Below are positions 28,238 through 43,203 of a stretch of DNA of 64,000 bases, one piece after another. Every line of letters begins with the position of its first letter. Position 1 is the first letter of the stretch. The position numbers and the translations under genes are program-made. Source of the stretch: Octopus bimaculoides. Taxonomy: Eukaryota. Location of the stretch: contig NC_068992.1 in the NCBI RefSeq assembly GCF_001194135.2, forward strand, positions 47,714,596 through 47,778,595, read 5' to 3'. The notes beneath the pieces were generated by a model, which was not told the origin of the DNA, did no database searches, and saw only the letters and a program-made list of their open reading frames with translations.

Positions 28238-29939
28238 TTATTCGTAACAAGACAATAATGAAAAATAGTTTTGAAACCTGTCCTTTGAATTTTAGAAACA
28301 AAACAAAAACAACAACAAAATTGCTTCACAGAAATATAAATTTTCTGTTTAAATAAATAACTTATAATTGGAACATCCATCCTTTTGATAATTTTATTGC
28401 ATTTTTTCCTCTTTTTTGTATCATTTCCACAGAAATATATTTTAATGTTTTAATAAAGTGTTTTTAGAATGTTTTAACAGTAATGTAATGCAATAAGATT
28501 AAAACATTGTAAATTCTAATTAATTTCTTGTATAAGACACTTTAAACGAGGTCGTTGATTTAATAGATAATTTATTTTTTGGTGGTCTTCGTTAATAAAA
28601 GTAATTTAAATGAAAAGAAATAAAGTATAGTGTGAAATATTCTCTTTTTTTTTTGTGTCATTTGGCTGAATTTTTTCTTAATGTTTTAAATCTATTTTAC
28701 AATGTTTGTATATGACTGTTTGTTGTAATGTAGTGAATTGGCTGTGTTGTTGGAGTATTAGGTTGAATACCTTGCTATATGAGTATCAAACCTCTGCGCT
28801 CAGAGATCGAATCCTGCCAAAGTCAGCTATGCTTTTATCTTTTTGGAGGTCAATAAACACAATATGAGGTAGCGAGCTGGCAGAATGGTCAGCATACTGG
28901 GCGAAATGCTTAGCGCTATTTCGCCTGTCTTTAAGTTCTAAGTTCAAATTCCACCGAGGTTGATTTTGCCTTTTATCCTTTCAGGGTTAATAATTTAAGT
29001 ACCAGTTGCATACTGGGGTCCTGCACCTACAAATCAACTTTGTTTTTCATCTTTCCTGGAGTGACAAGCAAAGTACCAATGAACAAAGGTAGATTGATAG
29101 AAACATTAGAAGTAATACTAAGTTGTTGTTATTTTGTTCTTCTTCATGTTTTGAGTTCAAACTCTGCTAAAGACTATCTGGCAGACAAACTTGAACCCAT
29201 TGTCCAGTTTAAAACCACCACTTGGTCATTCAGTGTCTCTACTACAGTTCACTTTGTCACAAGCATTTGAGCCAAGTCTCTCATTTCTGAATAATATTCT
29301 ACATTCCTCTTAGAGAAGCCCTGTAAATGGTTACAAGCATGACACTTCCCTCCTAAGAAATAGAGAAAAAAATTTCTGTGCCTTGTTCAAGGCATACGAC
29401 AAATGCATTTACACAATATAATCAGTAAACCCTGAGCCATTATGCTTTGTACAATATTAATGAAATTATAAAATTATAGTCCTGTTTTGTTGCTTTGGAT
29501 TTTCAAACTACAAGTGTGTGTGTGTGCATGTGTTCAATTCCAGAACTGTGCCAGCAAGTGAGAGATAGATAGATTGATAGATGATAGATATATAGATAGA
29601 AAAAAGGCTGGGTTGATAGATAGACAAGGAAAGAGAGATATGGTGGGAGATAAGGGTAGTACGAATAATACAGAGTAAAAGAAAAAGAAATATTCAGACA
29701 AAGTGGGCAAGCATCTGATTACTATGAAAACTAATGAGATCAACAGAACTAAAAGCAGATGGCAAACAAAACTCCAAAGAAGAGAGGATCTTGGAATGTT
29801 TAAGAATAGTTCCAAACTGCCGACTCATCACTGTTGTGAAGAAGTTGTTGTAAAAGAAATAGTGATACTTAGAATAATTAATGTACAGAAATATATTATT
29901 AGACAAAGGTATATAAAAAAAAAATAATAACAACAACGA

Positions 29940-31857
29940 AAACAACAATTCTTTCAAATTTAGGCACTAATCCAGCAATTTCCAAGAAGTGAATCCATTG
30001 ATACCATCAATCCTAATATTTGACTGGTATTTCATTTCATCAACCCCAAAAGGCTGAAAGGAAAGTTGACCTTGGAGACATTTTAACTCAGAACATAAAG
30101 AAGAAAAACTGCAAAACATTTTCTTATGATGTTATATAACGAGTCTGCCAAAGTGACACCTTTCATTGGTTCTAATTTAGGTACAATGTTGGAAATTGTG
30201 AATGGAGGGTTAGTTGAGTACATTGGGCCTCAGTACTACACTGATACCTTAACAACACTGAAAGATTGAAAGGCTAAGATGACCTTAGCAGGATTTGAAC
30301 TCAGAACATAAAGAGTTAGAAATACTGCACGGTATTCTGGCAAGTTGCTCTAATGATTCTGCCATTATAGCATAGACACAAGCCCCAAAATTTTATGGGA
30401 GATGAAATTAAAATAACAGGGGTTTTATTTTACTGGACCCAGAAGGATGAATGACCATGTTGACTGTGGCAGGATTGGAACTGTGAACATAAAGAGTTGC
30501 AACTTAATAGTCTAAGGCATTTTGTTTGACATGTGAATGAACCTGCGACCTTTTATCAGCCACAAGGGTCCAAGACATTGAGGGCAATACAAAGGTGAAA
30601 TACAAAAGAAAGATGCAAACAAGAAACAATGGTATATTTAAATGGAGTGCAAGAGTGAGATTGATATCAATGACCAATCAAAAAATAGGTAATAACAATA
30701 AATAACAAAAAGAAAGGAAGAGGGGACAACACAAAAAGTTTCTGATTAAGGCCCAAGGTCAGTAATTTCAAGGAGAGGGGGTTTAATTGATTTCAAAGAC
30801 CTCAGTACTTGATTAGTACTTTATTTCAACAATTCCAAAAAGTTTGAAAAGTAAAATTGACCTTCGCAGGATTTGAACTCAGAACGAAAAAAGCCACTAA
30901 AATCACAGTGAAGTATTTTCTCTACTTTCCTAATACTAATAAAAATAATAATTGCTTCAATTTTTGGCACAAAGCCAGCAATTTTGTGGGAGTGTGCAAG
31001 TCAATTACACAACCCCCAATGCTCAACTGGTACTTAATTTATCAACCACGAATGGAAGAAAAGCAAAGTCACCCTCAGCAGATTTGAACTCAGAATGTAA
31101 CGATGGACGAAATGTCGCTAAGCAATTTTCTCAGCATGCTAAGAATTCTGTCAGCAAGAATAACGGCTACAAATTCCAGCACAAGGCCAGAAATTTTTAA
31201 GGGAAGGGTTAGTCAATATCATTGACCCAGTATACATCTGGTACTTTATTTTATCAGTTGCACATGGAGATGATATGCAACGTTGACTTTTGTAGGAATT
31301 GAACTTGGAATGTAAGGAACCAGAAAAAAAAAAAGAAACTAATAATAATAATAATAATAATAAGGGGAAAGATGTCCATGGCAATTATAATAGTGACGAC
31401 AAAGACAATGGCAAACATAATGATATTGATAATGCTGATGATGATGATGATGCTGAAAGCCATATGAAAATGCATAAAATAGAAGTGACACAAGTGAAAA
31501 TAGCGCATCGCTATGCAAGATGAAGATTGCTTTCACTAAAACATGAGAAAGTATGGAACAAAAAAACAAAATAAACAAAAAAGAAAACATACCAAGGAAT
31601 AAGAAAGAAAAGAAGAGAAAAGTGGTGAATACTTGTTAAGCAGCAGTAAGATTGGCAAGGCGCCAAACATTGAAAAATGTTCTAGGAATTTTGTACTGAC
31701 ATATGGAGTGAGGCATTGGCGGTAACAACAAGTTTCTTTCACATGGATTGAATAAATAGCAGAGATGTTATGAAATAAAAAGAGAAATGCGATGAAAAAT
31801 TTAGAGCTGATGGAAAAGAAGCATTGAATGATATGAAGTAATAAACAAACACGGGCA

Positions 31858-31925
<68 letters not shown>

Positions 31926-32212
31926 TAATAATAATAATGAGAATAATAATAATAATGACGATGAGAATAATAATAATCCTTTCTACTCTAGGTACAAGGC
32001 CCAAAATTTTTGAGGAGGGGGCCAGTCGATTAGATCGACCGCAGTAGGCAACTAGTACTTAATTTATTGGCCCCGAAGAGATGAAAGGCAAAGTTGACCG
32101 CAGCAGCATTTGAACTCAGAATGTGATGGCAGACGAAATACCACTAAGCATTTCACCCGGCGTGCTAATGATTCTGCTAGCTTGCTGCTTAATAATAGTA
32201 ATAATAATAATG

Positions 32213-32263
<51 letters not shown>

Positions 32264-32300
32264 GTTTAAAACTTTGGCATGAGTGCAGTAGTTTTGAGGG
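29940..32300 (-). mobile_element. Head-to-tail array of SINE family C copies separated by (AAT)n
   Basis: Repeated blocks caaattttggcacaaggccagcaatttt..gtacttaattt..aaggcaaagttgacc..ggatttgaactcagaac, all in the same orientation. The array continues at about 33070..33500 and 34920..35640. Confidence 0.8.
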
Positions 32301-32861
32301 GAATGAGTAAGTCAATTATATCAANNNNNNNNNNNNNNNNNNNNNNNNNNNNNNNNNNNNNNNNNNNNNNNNNNNNNNNNNNNNNNNNNNNNNNNNNNNN
32401 NNNNNNNNNNNNNNNNNNNNNNNNNNNNNNNNNNNNNNNNNNNNNNNNNNNNNNNNNNNNNNNNNNNNNNNNNNNNNNNNNNNNNNNNNNNNNNNNNNNN
32501 NNNNNNNNNNNNNNNNNNNNNNNNNNNNNNNNNNNNNNNNNNNNNNNNNNNNNNNNNNNNNNNNNNNNNNNNNNNNNNNNNNNNNNNNNNNNNNNNNNNN
32601 NNNNTTCAGTAGTTTGGCTGCAGCCATGCTGGAGCACCGCCTTTTGCTGAAGCAAATTTGAAAGTCTTTGTGAAAATTACTTAATACAGTTTTTAAGTAT
32701 TAAAGGATTTTTAAAAAAATTATTTTTAAAACAAGTTATAAAATCTTTTAACAGGATGTCACTAACCTTTTTGGAAGAAGTCTTTTTTCCTAATGTGCGC
32801 GAGCACTTTGAATTAATCTTTTCAAACACATGTGGTCTTGGTCAATGTGTATATGTATGTC

Positions 32862-32924
<63 letters not shown>

Positions 32925-34550
32925 CAGGCTTCTTTCAGTTTTCATCTACCAAATCCACTTCCAAGGCTTTGGTTAGCCCAAGGCTATAGGGCTATAGTAG
33001 AAGACACTTGCCCAAGGTGTCATGTAATGAGCCTGACCCCAGAACCATGTGGTTGGGAAGTAACCACACAACCCTGTATCAATGCCAAAACGATGAAAGG
33101 CAAAGATAAAGTCAAACTCAGCAGAATTTGAAATCACAACATAAAAGCAGATGAAACGCCACTAAGCAGTTTGTCCAACATGTTAACAATTCTGCTAGCT
33201 TGCAGCCTTTTAAACTTAATAGTAATAATAATGAAGTAGTTGTATGCTGTCAATGTGACAGTCCCCTGAAGGGAATAATACTACTGTTGGTTAGACCTAT
33301 GAAGCTGTACAGCTTCCTGTCGGCCTTGACACATTTCCTGTGTCCATATGTTTACAAGGGGGGGGGGAGACAAGCACCTCCACCCTTGTAAACATAAGTT
33401 ACAGGGACATAAACATAAGGACACAGGAAATGTAAAGACGGCCTTAAGTGCTACTAAGTATTTTGTCCAGCACATTAACAATTTAGCCAGCTTGCTGCCT
33501 CAATAATAATAATAATAATAATAATTAATAATTAATAATAATAATGATGATGATATTTTCAATAATGATGATTTCTAATATGTAATATTTCTAGCATATG
33601 ACTGTATAATTTTCAACCACTACTAATAATACTATCAATAACAATGACAATGACGACAACAATTTGAAAAGACAATTTGTTCCATTCAATGTATTGTTGG
33701 CATTTTGAGAACTATTTGTTAGGAAGAAGAGGAGGAGGTGAAGGAAGAGGAGGAGAAAGTGTGTAAGTTGATTTGGAAAACCAATAAAGTAAATAACGCA
33801 GAAATAGGTTAATAATCAGTTAAACTACAGCAGTAGACTGGAGTGTTACTGAAGACAGATCTGTTTAGAAGAAGATCTTAAGTCCTTAGGTAAAATGGAA
33901 TGCTTATCAATTATTTGCTTGACTGATTCATACAAGATCTTCAGTTCAGAATGTTAAGAGAGAGAGCGAAACAGAGGCAGGAAGATGAATATACAAAAGG
34001 AGAAAATGTGTGAGAGACATAGAGAGAGAGAGAGAGAGAAAGAGAGGGGGATAGGGAGAGAGTAGAGAGAGAGAGCTATTTGAAATATCTAACAAACTGG
34101 AATGAGATGGTCGGATAAAGAAGCTAAAATGGGTTGGTGCCAAAGAGGGCACAATATAGTCAGCCAACTTCCGAATGATTGATTGGTAGTTTTACCAAAG
34201 ACAATAGTAGGAATCGCCACCAAAAATCTACTTTTCTACTCTCTCTGTATTTTTCCCTAATGTTTTTGTGCGTTTATCTATTTATTCCCTCACCCTGCCT
34301 AGCTGGGTTTGAAGATTGTGCAAATTCAGACTTTAACAGGGAAAAATAAAGGTCAGAATAGATTATTTTTATACAAAATCTACTCAATACCAAAAGCTGG
34401 TACCTAATTATTTAACATAATGTTGTTCTCTGAATATTTAACCCCAGGTCAGCCCTCATTCAGCAGCTCTATTTTTAAAAATGGCTCTGTGAAACATCCC
34501 AGCTTTTAATACAGATTGAACACTATCATTAATGCATTCATCTTGCACAA

Positions 34551-34770
34551 CTCTTTAGCATTCAAACTAGCCATATCTGGCCCAAATACTCTACTTGTTT
34601 TGTGTTCAAACTGACCAGATCAGAACTCTTGCACTTACCCTGCAATATCATTCTAGAAATAAGCAATCACATCATCAAAATCTCAAAGCTATAAGATAAT
34701 GCATGATTAATTCAAAACAATGTGAAGAAATAAGCTTTACATTTGACAGAATACTCTCGATGTCAAAGGG
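34551..34770. mobile_element. piggyBac-like MITE
   Basis: Ends are ctctttagcatt and atgtcaaaggg|TTAA, with a TTAA target on the right. Colinear with the copy at 63509..63728. Confidence 0.65.
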
Positions 34771-36277
34771 TTAAGAAATTATGGTATGATTTCAAGATTT
34801 GAGTTTCTGAGAATCAGATTCACAAATGGAAGAATGGTGGATCTAGAAATGAAACCCTGGTCATCAGTATTACATTGCAGACAGTGAAATTAAGAGGTTC
34901 TATAAGGGACCAACTCAGTTCAATTAGCTGTGAGTATGATTTCAAATTTTGGCACAAGGCCAGCAATTTTAGTGAGAGGGACCAAGTCAATTGCATCAAC
35001 CTCAGTAATCAACTGGTACTTATTTTATTGACTCCAAAAGGATGAAAGACAAAGTCAGCTGTAGCAGAATTTGAAATCAGACTAGAAGTGAATATGTACC
35101 TGTGTTATACTCAGACCACCCATTGAAAGGTGTGGCACGACTAAAATACCACAAGTACTTTTGTTTGATAGTAGCTGTTTCTAATTTAGGTACAAGGCCA
35201 ACAACTTTGAGAGGGGAGTGGTTAGTTGGTATCATCTGACTGGTACTTATGTTATCCATCTTGTAAGGGTGAAAAGCGTAGTCAACCCCAACAAGACTTG
35301 AATTCAGACTACAATAACTAGAGAAAATACCACATGGTATTTTTTCAATCATTGCAATGATTCTACTAAATCACCACCTTTATTTTAGGTGATAATGATT
35401 TCTAATTTCAGTACATGGTAAGCAATTTTGCAAGGGTAAGTCAATACTATCAGTCCTAGCACTTGGCTGGTGTGTTTATTTTATTGACCTCAGAGGGATG
35501 AAAAGCTAAGTTAACTCTAGCAGGAATTGAAAGTAAAGTTGACTCCAGTGGGAACTGAATTCAGAATTTAAAGAACCAACACAAATTATCGCAAGGCATA
35601 CTTTTCTGACACTTTTATGATTCTACCAGCTCACTGTCTTCGTTTTATTTTTTATTTTGTTTGTAATCATAAAACATTTTCTACCATGACTCATTTCCTT
35701 GTAAAAGAACTCTTTAAACTTTAAACAACTATAAACATGGTTCTTTAAGAAAATTTTTAAAGTGCTTCTGCAGCAAATGTATTGCTCTGATATACACCTG
35801 GCCCTGAGGATACCGAGATAAGGTTCAAATAAAAACACTGAATTGTTTGCTTACGTTTCACCTGCTAACTAAAAATAGAAGAGATTGTTCACAGGTGTGC
35901 TTCGAGATTCAATTAACCTGTATGTAAACATTAAAGCCAGTAGAAGAGTTCTTTCCTTAAATTTTACTTCTGTTATTTCACCACTGTGAGTTCAAATCCA
36001 GCCAGGATTAATTCTTCACTTTCAAATGTCCAAGCATGACAGATGATGCATTGCTTCGGCCTTAAAACTCATCTTCGCCTGCTGAGTGAACTGGAATAAT
36101 ATGAAATAAGGTACTTTGCTCAAGGTCACAAGGTGGCTCCCAGATCAGAAATTAGGTCCACAACCATATGATGAAGGACCTATTTGCTAACCACTAGGCC
36201 ATACACCTCCTCCTGTACATATGCATGCATCCAAATCTGTGTGGAAATACATGCATATGTGTGTGTGTGTGTGTGTC

Positions 36278-36319
<42 letters not shown>

Positions 36320-36866
36320 CACACACACATACACAGACACACACACAAACACACAAGTGGAAGGACAGAGGGAGAGAAAGAAGGGGGAGTGAATCTAGTA
36401 TAGAAACATCCAGTAAATATTCTGCAGTCAACATTCAGGAAACTAATATTTAATATTAGGTCGATATCTTCAGCTTCTTTGCTTAAAATCTCTGGTTTCT
36501 CCATAATAACTCTCTCTCTCTACATATATATATATATATATTTAATAATAAAAGAAACACAGACAGATATTTTAGTGATGGATATAATCAATTTTATCAA
36601 CCTAAGTACTTCACTTATTTTATCAATCACTAGGAAGATGAAACACAAAGTCGACCTTAGCAGGATTTAAGCTGAGATTGTAAACAATCAAGTGAATAAC
36701 ACAAAGTTTATTTTGTTCAATGATCTACTGATTCTGTATCCGAGCTGTTTGTTTGAGAGGAATGGAAATGGTTAAGTAAACTAGCCCCAGTATTTAACTA
36801 GTATCTATCTAGCCATCTGTGTGTGTGTGTGTATTTATCATTATATATTTATGTATGTATATATCT

Positions 36867-37252
36867 TTTACTCTCTTACTCTTTTACTTGCTTTAGTCAT
36901 TTGACTGCGGCCATGCTGGAGCACTGCCTTCAGTCGAGCAAATCGACCCCAGGACTTGTAAGCCTAGTACTTATTCTATCAGTCTCTTTTGCCAAACCGC
37001 TAAGTTACGGGAACGTAAACACACCAGTATCGGTTGTCAAGTGATGCTGGGGGGACAAACACAAACACACAAACACACATATATATATATATATACGACG
37101 GGCTTCTTTCAGTTTCCGTCTACCAAATCCACTCACAAGGCTTTGGTCAGCCTGAGGCTATAGTAGAAGACACTTGGCCAAGGTGCCTTGCAGTGGGACT
37201 GAACCCGGAACCATGTGGTTGGTAAGCAAGCTACTTACCACACAGCCACTCC
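36867..37252 (-). mobile_element. tRNA-derived SINE (family A), near full length
   Basis: Colinear with 4990..5380. CpGs are retained, which suggests a young copy. Confidence 0.85.
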
Positions 37253-37370
37253 AATATATATATATATTTAAGATTGAAAATAGGATAAAATCTTTCTAAG
37301 AATTTATCAAGTAGTCAGCATGAAAAACCTCATAAGGGAAAAATTATAATTATTCCCTTTAAATATATTA

Positions 37371-37680
37371 ATTTATAATAAGGGCATTACTACACATAAA
37401 TGCCTCATGCTATGAGGGACTTTAAAATCAAAACTACCATAATAAATACACAGTGTACCAAACGCTAGGGAATGCAACTCTAGAAGCAAGCTCCTTAAAA
37501 AAAGTGTATTTTGTGCACTAATTATGAAATCATATGATATGCAGCTGAATCTGTTTTTAAGGAGCTCACTTCTAGAGTTACATTCCCTCACATTTGGTAC
37601 ACTGTATTTATTTTATAGTTTTGACTTTAAGAGTCCCTCATAGCATGAGGCATTTATGTGTAGTAATGCCCTTATTATAA

Positions 37681-37682
<2 letters not shown>
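37371..37682. mobile_element. Foldback MITE / long hairpin
   Basis: Arms at 37371..37501 and 37554..37682. The outer 50 bp (37371..37420 versus 37633..37682) are a perfect inverted repeat. The loop is about 52 nt and both flanks are TA-rich. Confidence 0.9.
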
Positions 37683-37720
<38 letters not shown>

Positions 37721-37954
37721 TGTGTATGGATGAGGACAGCAGCATAAAAGAGTGGCAAGGTCTAATTGTGGAGGGAACCTTTGGAAGGGGTAGACCCAAG
37801 AAGACATGGGAAAAAGTGGTGAGAAAGGATCCTCACTGAGGAAATGACAAAGGACTGGGAGTTGTGGTGATTTGTTGTGCTTGAAGATATGCCAAGCTAA
37901 GTAAAATCGCTGTCATCCATACATACAAGCTTGTCCTTTACGGGTGCTGGTGCT

Positions 37955-38048
37955 ACATAAAAAGCACCCATACCAGTGGCACATAAAAAGCACCCATACC
38001 AGTGGCACATAAAAAGCACCCATACCAGTGGCACATAAAAAGCACCCA
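37955..38048. repeat. 26-bp tandem repeat (cacataaaaagcacccataccagtgg), about 3.5 copies, inside a family-B SINE
   Basis: Directly visible near-perfect units. Confidence 0.9.
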
Positions 38049-39059
38049 GCACATTCTGTAAAGTGGATGGTATTAGGAAGGGCATCCACAACATACCACA
38101 ACAGACAATTGAAATCTGGACACACCTTGGCTGACCAGCTCCATATCAAACCATCCAACCCATGCCAGCATGGAAAATAGACATATGATGATGATGATCA
38201 TAGTTGATCAGATCAAACCAACATTTTGATAAAATATTTGCTTGTTCCATGTCTTGTTGAGCTTGCATTCTTTTGGCAAAATATAAACGATTATCTCAAA
38301 AACCTTTCCTTATCTCCTCATTAAATGATTTCATTTTTCACTCTTATTTAAGCCACCAAATGTTAATTTATGAGTTTGGATTTTATATACTTGGAACTCT
38401 GCTCCAATATCTAAATATGTTCTAGGAGAGCCAGGCAACAGACTTACAGAAATGTATGTGTCAATAGTTAATATTTAGCCAGCATCTCAAGACAGTTTTA
38501 TCAATCTCAATCAACCATATAAGAAGTGAAACTAGACAAGCTACAATGATGAATGTTATGTAAATGATAGCACTTTTACTGATTAAAACATCAAAAAGCT
38601 AAAATACATTCAGATAAATGACTGAAATAAGTGGTCAAGATAAAAATAATTGTTTCTAGCATTGGCACAAGAACTGAAAATTTGTTGGAGAACAGACCCA
38701 AGTACATATTTTATCAACCTGAAAACAATGAAAGGCAAAGTTGACTTCATTGGGATGTGAACTTGGTCATTGATATCTAATACTATTTCAGCAACAAGTA
38801 TGGAAGACTGAGTTAGACATGATTTACTTCTATTTGAAGGCTCATCATCAGAATCAGTAATGATATTGCTTCACTATTTACTTCCATATTGTTCAGAAAA
38901 CATACTAATTTAAATGTTTCTTGTTTACTGACAACTTAAATGGTCTGTGAACATTAAGAAATTACATTAAAGAGCAGTGTTTTAAGAGATAATCAGCAAA
39001 CTGGAAACATCTTAATAATTTTTACAGAGTGTCACAATTAATTCAACATCATAATGTAC

Positions 39060-39620
39060 CTATTCATTGTGTCTGTCTATCTAGACATCTACATACACAC
39101 AGTACACACACACACACATATATATATAGTCAACATGTTCACATCATGTTTATACACCCAATCAATATCTACACTATATTTATCCGTACAGTCAACCTCT
39201 ACACATTATATCTATCCAGGCAACACCTATACACTTTGTCTATCTAACTAGCCAACATCTACTCAGCATTTGTCTATCCACTCTACATCCACACACTATC
39301 TATCTATTGAGCCTACATCAATACACTGTGACTATCTACCCAGTCAATATCTATACATGCTCCCCCTACCTAGTCAACATCAACACAATATACATGTCTA
39401 TCCAGTTAACATTTACCCACCGTTTCTATATATCCAGAAAACTTCTACACGCTGCCTTTTCTGTACCCTGTCAACATCTGCACGCACATATTGTATCTAT
39501 GTATCTAGTCAATATCTACACACTGTGTTCATCTATCTATTCAACATCTACACAGTGTTTCTCTTTGTAGTCAAAACATCTACACACTGTTTCTCCCTGC
39601 AGTCAACATCTCACTTTGTC
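39060..39620. repeat. Old degenerate minisatellite, unit about 28-32 bp (approx. ccagtcaacatctacacactgtgtctatcta)
   Basis: agtcaacatctacac-like cores recur at roughly 30-bp spacing, with many substitutions. Confidence 0.7.
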
Positions 39621-40564
39621 CTATCTCTCAAAATTGAGAAAATATACAAGGTTTTCATTATAGCTTCTGACTAGATCTACAGATTTTAAACTGTCCAGTT
39701 TCAACAACAAAAATAAAGGGAAAAAAAAATTAAACAAAAGATAGGAACATAAAATGCCTTGGGTGGGTAGGTGGGAGGTACAGAAAAAAAAAGAAAGGAA
39801 AACAAATATCAAAACAACAAAAATCAATTGAATATTTTTAAGTCAACTGAGAAGAAAACTTTGGTTAATGTCCATAGGAAAGAAAGCAGCTTTCTTTTAG
39901 CAACATTTCTCAAGTCTTTTCTTGGTCTTTTCAATTTGAACAACTTGTATCAGAACTGGATTCAGGATTTAGAGAATACAGCAATTTTCTCCAAGAGCCT
40001 TTGACCTTTTGCATGAATACAATGAGTGCAATATGTCACGCTTTACAATTGTGTTGAAACAACAACTGCCCGGAGGTCAAATATAGCTAAAATTTTCAAC
40101 ACTTGATGCCAAGACACTTAAATGGGTATCATGGCATTGCTGTGAATTGATATTTTTGTAAATTTTTATTTTTATATTCTTTTATTTTTATTTGTTTTTC
40201 TCTTTTACATCTTAGTGTTTCTTAAGTAAATGTAAATATATTTCTGTGAATATGTTTCAAATTAGATTCTGTTGAAATGGACCAAATGAAGTGAAAAAAG
40301 TTTTGTTATAAAGTGATGGTAGTGGTGGAGGTGTTGTTATTGCTAGTGGCTGGAGGTGATGATGATGATGAGAGAGGCAACTCAAGAACATAAACACACA
40401 CACACATATATATACACACATGCATATACATATAAACATATACATATATATGTATGTATGTATGTATGTATGCATACATATAAATATATATACATACACT
40501 TTTAAACATATGCATATGTATGCATATATATATAAATATATGTATGCATATATATGTATGTATG

Positions 40565-40627
<63 letters not shown>

Positions 40628-42729
40628 CCACACACACACTTTATTTGCATGAATCTGAACTTTTAAGAGGACTTCCTAAAAATAAAAAAATAAAAAAATA
40701 AAAATAAAACAACTAATAACTAACAAATAAAATGAAATATAACAAACAACAATATTACAAAGACTAAACATCAAACAACAAAAATTCAAAAAGACATCAA
40801 AGAATGAAAAAAAGAAAATGTTTGATTTGAAGTGAAAATGGCACAAATCTTCGCACTTTGATTTAAGTCCGACATACTCTAAGACATTTTGTTTCCTCAT
40901 CAGAATTTTTAGTGCTTCTCCTCTTCCCCAACCTCCACTTCCCTTTGTCTTTGACTCACTTCAATGGATGGGTTATAAAGCCATTTCTCTAGTGCTAACA
41001 CAGATTTAGATTTTCTGGTTGTTTCAAAGAATCACTTGTTTCTTTTGCATTACTATTTTCTGGATATCCTTTAGGAGAATTTCAAGTTGGATTCAATTTT
41101 TAAAAAATTACCAAATCCTTGATTTATACGGACATGTTTAATGTATATATATTTACTTATATGTGAATATACACAGACACACGCACATATGAAAAGGTAG
41201 GACATGTATATGGAAATATGTGAGTGTGTGTGTACATGTGTGTGTGTGTAAATATATATATATATATATATATGCACTACCATCTGGATATATATATATT
41301 TACAGATTTATACAAGTACAAATAAATGCATATACATGCATACATACATACATATATACATACATACATACATACATATATATATATACATACATACATA
41401 CATACAGTACTGTGTACGAACAAAAATAAAGATCTCTTAATGCAAGTTGTGAAAGTTAAACATTTGTATTAACAGTTTGGTTCAGAACTGCATTATAAGA
41501 TATTTCACCGACACAAGTAAAGCTTCTGTGATCATTCAGATGAGGTGATACTGAATGGTGAGGCACACACACCAAAACAGTACTGATTGCCATAGCATGA
41601 TGAATATAGCTCATTCTCATTAACCACTTCAAGTTAGGTGATAGACCCATAATATGACAACTGCTGAGTACTATAATGACTGCCAGCTAACTACAAGAAG
41701 AGATGGTCTTGCTTTCAAAATTACAATGAAATTAAAATCCTCAGTAAAATTTTGAAAACAGTGTTAAGAAGTAATTGCTTAAAATTATCTGGTAGAGAGA
41801 TTCATTGGTGGCAATAGTATAAAAGTTCAGTTTTTTTTTTTATTAAGGGATACACTCCAGCACTTGGAGGGAGCCATCCCCACTGTGCTAAACCACCGTG
41901 TACTGATGAACAAGCAAAACAAATACAAGCATGTGTGGTTGGTGATGTAAGAATGTAGCAACTTAAAATAGGAATTGGAATGGATTATGATCACCCACCC
42001 AGCCAATGCCTGCATGGAAATTAAATGCAAAACAATGATGAGGATGATGATGATGATGATGATGGTAGTGATGATGATGAGGAGGGGGAGGCGGAGGATA
42101 CAAATATACAGACAGTAAATGTTTTTAAAGAATTCTTTTTCTTGAAATACAATATTGTCATTTGACACATCAAAATACTTATCCCAATATTTAGTAGACA
42201 TGCTTTGTGCAGTTTCTAATGATTTAATTACTTTAAGCATCATACTAATTAAGCCTCTGCTGCAGACAGACCAACATGGAGGTCTCTCACCTCACAAGCA
42301 GTAGCTGCTTTCAAAGAGGACCAGTGACAGCGTCTCACTGCTGCAAGAAACAGGTGTCAAGACAGTGTCTGCCTCAATCCCGTCAACAGGTTATCGGTGT
42401 GACACCTGTGCTTCCAGCTTTGGACTGTGGGGTCACTTGCTCTCTCTCATTGCTGAGAACAAAGACTTTGTTATCATCAGACTCTGATGGACTACCAACA
42501 ATCACTTTGAGTATCATACAAATGAGTAGTGTCTGCACAGATAAAACAGCATAACAGGGGGTGTCTATTTACTTTTGAGGTGTGTGTGTGTGTGTGTGTG
42601 TGTGTAAATAGGGCATCCAGCCATAGAAACCAAGCCAAAACAGGCATGGAGGCTGAACAGCTGGTCAGCTTCTGTCAAAATGTCCAACTCATGCTAGCAT
42701 GGAGAACAGATGTTAAATACTGATCATGA

Positions 42730-42811
<82 letters not shown>

Positions 42812-43203
42812 GGATGTATGTATGTGAACATTTATGTATACACAAGCATACATACTTATTCATGCATGCATACATGTATGTCTACATGTGTATGTGTGCT
42901 TATTGATACATACAATGAATTGTTCAGTTGGTGCTTTTAAACAACCATGTGAAGCCAGACAACTAAATAAAGCTCATAAAGTCTAGCATATTTTCAACAC
43001 ACACAAACGAATATATATGTGCAAGTCTGTGCCTATATAATCCTCATAATCCATTATAATAGGTTCATACATTTTGTAATGATGTGTGGTAAGAAGCTTG
43101 CTTCCCAACCTCATGGTTCCAGGTTCCATCCCAGTGTGTGGCACCTTGAGTAAGTGTTGTACTATAGCCTCAGGCTAACTAAAGTGTCATGATTTGCAGT
43201 GAG

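Noticed and set aside
41456-41650. Minus ORF with HRSFTCVGEIS, faintly like an Ig F-strand
   Set aside because: It lacks the B-strand Cys/Trp spacing and has no convincing splice sites.
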